A stretch of 64,000 bases of DNA, taken from Rudaea sp. (GTDB taxonomy: Bacteria > Pseudomonadota > Gammaproteobacteria > Xanthomonadales > Rhodanobacteraceae). The position numbers and the translations under genes were made by a program. Positions 59,155 through 64,000 of the stretch are shown here, piece by piece; position 1 is the first letter of the stretch; every line of letters starts with the position of its first letter. Below the pieces are notes generated by a model. That model was not told where the DNA came from and made no database searches. It worked only from the letters and a program-made list of their open reading frames with translations. Location: NCBI GenBank assembly GCA_031291055.1, contig JARLJU010000132.1, positions 39,427 through 103,426 of the forward strand. The letters are read 5' to 3'.

Positions 59155-60795
59155 ATGAACAACCAGACCGCAGGCACCATTCTGCGCATGGCCGTGGCTG
59201 CCGGCTTGCTCGCGGCGAGCGCTGCGGGCGTAAGCGACGAGCTGAAATCGCTGACCGTCTGCGCCGATCCCGGCAACATGCCCCTGTCCAACCAGAAGGG
59301 TGAGGGATTCGAGAACAAGATTGCGCAGGTGATCGGTGCGGCCGTGGGCACGGGCGTGCAATATTACTGGCGACCCTCGATCGAACGCGGACTCATGCGC
59401 ACGACGCTGAGCGAGGGCAATTGCGATCTGTGGATGGACATGGTTTCCGACACCGAAGGCGCGGTCGTGCTTGCGCCGTTGTACCGATCCACGTTCGTTC
59501 TGGCGTATCGCAGCGACAAGGGCATCAACATCAGGAGCCTGGACGACCCGATCCTGAAGAAACTGCGTGTCGGCGTGTTCCAGGTGTCTGCCATCCGCCA
59601 GGCCCTGGCCGAGCACAAGGTGGTCGACAACACGGTGATCCACTATCTGAGCCACAACGCCGATCTGGTAGCGGACAACCAGCCTTCATACCAGGTCCAG
59701 CAGGTCATCGACGGCAGCCTGGATGTCGCCGCAGCGTGGGGGCCGATGGCCGGCTACTACAAGGCGATCGCGCACGCGCCGCTGATCATCCAGCCGGTCA
59801 ATTTGCTCGAAGACGACGTGCCGATGGAATTCGACATGACCCTGGCAGTGCCGCGGGGACGGCCCGAGATCAAGGCCGCGATCGAGCAGGCGCTGGCGCA
59901 GCACAAGGACGAGATACATCGGATTCTCTCCGACTTCGGCGTGCCGCTGGTCAAATGCGAAGAATGCACCGTCTCCGGCAACCTGCCCTCGCACGGGCCC
60001 TACACGCCGGCAAAGCCCGAGGTACATAACGCCGAGGCCGATGCCCGGCTTCATGCCACGAGACTGGCCGAACTGAAGAAATGGCTGGCGCAGGGCGCCA
60101 GCCCCACCGACGAATTGTTCAATGCCATCGTTGCCAACGACATCGATCGCGCACGTTATCTGCTGGATCATGGCGCGCAAGCCAACGCACGGGATGGCGA
60201 AGGCAACACGCCCCTGATCAATGCCGCACGCTTCGGCTTCGTTCCCATTGCCACCTACCTCGTCGAACACAAGGCAGACGTTGACCTGCCCGACCGCAAC
60301 AACTGGACGCCGCTGATGTTTGCGGCCTGGAACGACCGGCCTGACCTGGTGCAGATGTTCGCTGCGCACGGCGCGAAAGTTGATGCGACGGACAACGATG
60401 GCCTGACGCCGCTGGCCATCGCGGCGCAAAACGGCAAGATCAAGGCCGTCGCGGCACTGGTCACGGCCGGTGCCGATGTCAATCGCCCCGCCGCCAAAGG
60501 CGGGTACACACCATTGATGCTGGCGTCAATATCCGGATCGAGCGACCTGGCGAACGTGCTTGTCCAGCATGGCGCCAAGATCAACGCCACCAATTCCGGT
60601 GGCGTTACCGCCCTCATGATCGCCGCCGCCGGCAATCATTCGAAAGTGGCCGAGCTGCTGCTCAAGTCCGGTGCCGATGTCGACGCACGCAGCGAAGATG
60701 GCCGCACGGCGTTGACGATCGCGCGGACGAACAACAGCGAGGCCGTCGTCAAGCTGCTGCAGGTGGCAGCGCAGGGTGGCGGCAAGTCGGGCTGA
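59155..60795 (+). CDS. xoxJ: XoxJ/MoxJ-family periplasmic binding protein fused to ankyrin repeats
   Basis: LTVCADPGNMPLSN..GEGFENKIA, YRSTFV, AAAWGPMAGY; C-terminal ankyrin units GNTPL, WTPLM, GLTPL, GYTPL, GVTAL, GRTAL. Confidence 0.87.
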   Translation: MNNQTAGTILRMAVAAGLLAASAAGVSDELKSLTVCADPGNMPLSNQKGEGFENKIAQVIGAAVGTGVQYYWRPSIERGLMRTTLSEGNCDLWMDMVSDTEGAVVLAPLYRSTFVLAYRSDKGINIRSLDDPILKKLRVGVFQVSAIRQALAEHKVVDNTVIHYLSHNADLVADNQPSYQVQQVIDGSLDVAAAWGPMAGYYKAIAHAPLIIQPVNLLEDDVPMEFDMTLAVPRGRPEIKAAIEQALAQHKDEIHRILSDFGVPLVKCEECTVSGNLPSHGPYTPAKPEVHNAEADARLHATRLAELKKWLAQGASPTDELFNAIVANDIDRARYLLDHGAQANARDGEGNTPLINAARFGFVPIATYLVEHKADVDLPDRNNWTPLMFAAWNDRPDLVQMFAAHGAKVDATDNDGLTPLAIAAQNGKIKAVAALVTAGADVNRPAAKGGYTPLMLASISGSSDLANVLVQHGAKINATNSGGVTALMIAAAGNHSKVAELLLKSGADVDARSEDGRTALTIARTNNSEAVVKLLQVAAQGGGKSG

Positions 60796-60846
60796 GGTGC
60801 GAGGCAGAATTGACGGCGCTAATTACTGGCAAGGAGAGTTGCACTG

Positions 60847-61371
60847 ATGAGAAGAGTTCTGGTTGTAAGTATCGTCGCGATTTGCTCGGTTTTGACCGCG
60901 GTCGGCATGCTTGGAAAAGTGCTGGCCGCCGGAACGGCACCTGCCATCGACTACACCAAGATCCTGCCGCCGGACCTGGTAAAGAACACGCCCAAGGGCA
61001 AGCTTGCCAATCCCTACAAGGACAGCCAGGCCGACATCGTTGCCCAGGGCGAACACTTGTTCCTCAGCTACGGCTGCAACGGATGCCATGGCGGCGGCGG
61101 TGGCGGCGGCATGTGCCCGCCGCTGATCAACGATACCTGGGTCTATGGCGGCGACGACGACACGATCTTCCGCCTGGTCACCCTCGGTAGCGATGAACTG
61201 CAAAAACTCGGTTATACGCGCATCGGCCGCGAAAACGTGGTCGGTCCGATGCCGCCGTTTGGCGCCATCATAAAAAGCTCGGATGATTTGTGGAAAATCT
61301 TTGCCTTTGTCCGTTCCCGGTACAACGGCGATCCGGCCTATAAATTCGGCGCTCCGCCCGATCCGCAGTAA
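60847..61371 (+). CDS. xoxG: XoxG-type cytochrome c (MDH electron acceptor)
   Basis: Signal peptide, NPY...GEHLF, CNGCH heme motif, CPPL.ND.WVYG, distal Met GPMPPFG. Confidence 0.85.
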   Translation: MRRVLVVSIVAICSVLTAVGMLGKVLAAGTAPAIDYTKILPPDLVKNTPKGKLANPYKDSQADIVAQGEHLFLSYGCNGCHGGGGGGGMCPPLINDTWVYGGDDDTIFRLVTLGSDELQKLGYTRIGRENVVGPMPPFGAIIKSSDDLWKIFAFVRSRYNGDPAYKFGAPPDPQ

Positions 61372-61540
61372 GCCGGATTGGCACCGGGTTGCCGCGCTTG
61401 GGCGCAGACCGGGTCGCTGCGGCATGCCGACTGTTCCAATATCGATACAGGTCGGCGGTATTGCTGCAGCGCAGTTTGCACACAGCCTGCAAAAAGACGA
61501 GGCTTCAAACTGCACGTCAATTTGGCAAGGTAGAGCTTCG

Positions 61541-63535
61541 ATGAACATTCATCCTGCATCGAGCCACGCTTCGCGCATCTTCAACGTCGTCAAGGGCGGA
61601 TTGAAGCTTGCCGGGATTGAACCCCACGTCTCGCGCTCATGGCACCGTTGCGTGACCGAATACGGCATCGAGCCGTCAGCGGCCCGTCAGGTTTCCGTGC
61701 TGGATCCGCAATCGGTCAAGGAATTGCAGCAGCGCATGGGTGAATTGCTGCGCGTGGCGCGATCGGAAATGGAAAGCCTGTATGAGCAGATCGCCGGCTC
61801 GGGATTCGCGGTGATCCTGTCCGACATGCAGGGAGCGGTCATGAGCACGATCACCGATCCGACTCTGCAACGCGAGTTCCGCCAGGCTGGATTGTGGCTT
61901 GGCGCCCTCTGGGATGAACGCCACGAGGGCACCAACGGCATCGGCACCTGTCTTGCCGAAGCAGGCCCGGTGACGGTCCATCGCGAGGAACACTTCCGCG
62001 GCTACAACATGAGTCTGTCGTGTTCGGGCGCGCCCATTCTCGGCCCGCACGGGCAGATTCTCGCTGTGCTCGATGCATCATCGGTCAACTCCAACGACAG
62101 CCGCCTGATCCAGCGTCACACGATGGCCCTGGTGAACATGTCGGCGAATCTGATCTCGCGCTGGAATTTCCTGTCCGAGTTCGGACATGCGTGGGTGCTG
62201 CGTTTCCACAGCCGTCCGGAATTCGTGGGCCTGCTGCATGAGGCACTGCTTGCCATCGATGGCTCCGGCACGATCATCGCCGTCAACGAGAGCGCGATGC
62301 TGCAACTGGACCACTCGAATCGCGTCGCCTTCATCGGCCAGTCGATCAGCAAATTCTTCCAGTTCGATTTCGATATTCTGGAACAGCGCGCCAGCAACGA
62401 ACCCAGCACGATCTGGCCGGTGCGCGACGTCGCCCATGGCCGGCGGTTTTTTGCCCTGGTCCGGGCGCCGTTGAGCAGAACCGTGCGCGCGGTGGCCGCG
62501 CGGCCGGAAAGCATAAGCGGCGCCATTGGCCTTTCCCGCGCCGATCAGACGCAGCAGCAATATGTCGGCGAAGATGGACAGATGCGCAAGAACCTCGTCT
62601 GCGGCCGGCAGTTGTTCGCCAAACAGGTGCCGATCCTGCTGCAGGGTGCAACCGGCACCGGCAAGGAGGCATTTGCCAAGGCCCTGCATCGCGGTGGCCT
62701 GTGGTACGACAAGCCATTCGTCACGGTCAATTGCGCCGCGATCCCGGAAAGCCTGATCGAAAGCGAACTGTTCGGCTACACCCGCGGCGCATTCACCGGC
62801 GCCGCCAAGGAGGGTCGACCGGGCAAGATCCTGCAGTCCAGCGGCGGCACCCTGTTCCTCGATGAAATTGGCGACATGCCGCTCATGCTGCAGACGCGCC
62901 TGCTGCGTGTCATCGAGGAGCGCGAAGTCGTTCCGCTCGGCAGCGATCAGCCCATTCCCGTCGATCTGCACGTGATCAGCGCCACCCACCGCGATATTCG
63001 CCAGATGATCGCAGCCGGCGAGTTTCGCGATGATCTTTATTACCGCCTGAACGGCATCACCCTGCACTTGCCGCTGCTGCTCCAGCGCAACGACAAGTCC
63101 GAACTCATTCACACCCTGCTGCGCGAAGAAAGCGGCGACGATTCCCTGCAGATTGCCGAGGATGCATTCCGCAAGCTGCTGGACTATTCCTGGCCCGGCA
63201 ATATACGCCAGCTGCGCAATGCACTGCGCACCGCGTCGGCTCTGTGTCGCGACGACACGATCCGCCTGTCGAACCTGCCCCAGGAAATTCTCGACACGGA
63301 ACCGCGCATGCCGGCCACGGCACATGCGCCGGTGAGCATGAATCTTCCTGCGGATATCGTCGCGCCCACGTCGGGCATGCCCTCCGCAGCCTTGCGCGAC
63401 GCCGAATGCGCGGCCTTGCTGGGCGAGCTGGAACGCATGCGCTGGAACATCAGCCGCACCGCGCAATCGCTGGGCATCAGCCGCAATACGCTGTATCGAA
63501 AGATACACAAGCACAAGATTGTGCTGACACACTGA
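61541..63535 (+). CDS. Sigma54-dependent activator (GAF-PAS-AAA+-HTH, AcoR-like)
   Basis: SW.RC, GTNGIGT (GAF), GATGTGKE, ESELFGY..GAFTGA, FLDEIGDM, WPGNIRQL, Fis-type HTH. Confidence 0.92.
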   Translation: MNIHPASSHASRIFNVVKGGLKLAGIEPHVSRSWHRCVTEYGIEPSAARQVSVLDPQSVKELQQRMGELLRVARSEMESLYEQIAGSGFAVILSDMQGAVMSTITDPTLQREFRQAGLWLGALWDERHEGTNGIGTCLAEAGPVTVHREEHFRGYNMSLSCSGAPILGPHGQILAVLDASSVNSNDSRLIQRHTMALVNMSANLISRWNFLSEFGHAWVLRFHSRPEFVGLLHEALLAIDGSGTIIAVNESAMLQLDHSNRVAFIGQSISKFFQFDFDILEQRASNEPSTIWPVRDVAHGRRFFALVRAPLSRTVRAVAARPESISGAIGLSRADQTQQQYVGEDGQMRKNLVCGRQLFAKQVPILLQGATGTGKEAFAKALHRGGLWYDKPFVTVNCAAIPESLIESELFGYTRGAFTGAAKEGRPGKILQSSGGTLFLDEIGDMPLMLQTRLLRVIEEREVVPLGSDQPIPVDLHVISATHRDIRQMIAAGEFRDDLYYRLNGITLHLPLLLQRNDKSELIHTLLREESGDDSLQIAEDAFRKLLDYSWPGNIRQLRNALRTASALCRDDTIRLSNLPQEILDTEPRMPATAHAPVSMNLPADIVAPTSGMPSAALRDAECAALLGELERMRWNISRTAQSLGISRNTLYRKIHKHKIVLTH

Positions 63536-63543
63536 AAAAGCGC

Positions 63544-64000
63544 ATGACATGCATTCGACATGCGTGCCGCCGGCACGTGGCGACCGTGTGCCGCCGTTCA
63601 CTGCCTGCGCTGTCCTTCGTATTTTTCTTCTGCGCCCATGCCTGGGCCGATGCCGGCGCTGATCAAACCAGCCTGCCGCCAGTCGTGGTCACTGCGACGC
63701 GTACCGCGCAATCCCCGTTCGAGGTGCCCGCGTCCATCGACGCGGTCTATCTGGATGATCCGGGTACGAACACGCCGGGCATCAACGCTTCCGAATATCT
63801 GGCCGGAATCCCCGGACTGCTCGCGCGCGATCGTGAAAACTATGCGCAGGACGAGCAGATCTCGATCCGCGGTTTTGGCGCGCGCTCCACGTTCGGCGTG
63901 CGCGGGGTTCGCCTGTACACCGACGGCATTCCCGCAACCATGCCGGACGGGCAGGGCCAGGTTTCCAACTTCAGCCTGGACTCGGCCGATCGCATCGAAG
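63544..64000 (+). CDS. TonB-dependent receptor, YncD/PqqU-like (5' part; runs off window end)
   Basis: Manual translation: signal peptide, VVVTATR TonB box, RENYAQDEQISIRGFGARSTFGVRGVRLYTDGIPATMPDGQGQ plug signature. Confidence 0.85.
   Translation, partial: MTCIRHACRRHVATVCRRSLPALSFVFFFCAHAWADAGADQTSLPPVVVTATRTAQSPFEVPASIDAVYLDDPGTNTPGINASEYLAGIPGLLARDRENYAQDEQISIRGFGARSTFGVRGVRLYTDGIPATMPDGQGQVSNFSLDSADRIE

Noticed and set aside
61090-61110. GGC/GGT trinucleotide run in xoxG as a variable repeat
   Set aside because: Encodes the Gly-rich segment after CxxCH commonly seen in such cytochromes; in frame and short.
61379-61393. TGGCAC-CGGG-TTGCC as a sigma54 promoter for the activator gene
   Set aside because: Spacing is GG-N9-GC, one base short of the required N10.

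Overview
GC-rich gammaproteobacterial chromosome segment. The gene repertoire and the CysB/GlnA style suggest Xanthomonadales, possibly Rhodanobacteraceae; this is inference. The first ~9 kb is housekeeping plus a TPR/Asp-beta-hydroxylase pair. From 9.2 to 41.5 kb lies a dense anabolic block: sigma54/NtrC-controlled glnA, an attenuator-controlled 9-gene leu/ilv operon, cysG/cysB/cysJIH, gltBD and amtB-glnK. Two small accessory inserts sit within it: a GT2 plus GT-C-like membrane protein, and a low-GC sulfotransferase plus PhyH dioxygenase. From 41.6 kb to the end is a C1/autotrophy locus. It holds a red-type Form I RuBisCO operon (cbbR/cbbLSXFPZ) directly adjacent to a lanthanide-type methanol dehydrogenase cluster (xoxF, an ankyrin-fused xoxJ, xoxG). 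The cluster also has two TonB receptors (one YncD/PqqU-like), a NarL-type two-component system, a beta-propeller protein and a GAF-AAA+ sigma54 activator. A consensus sigma54 promoter precedes xoxF. No rRNA, tRNA, CRISPR array or transposase was seen.
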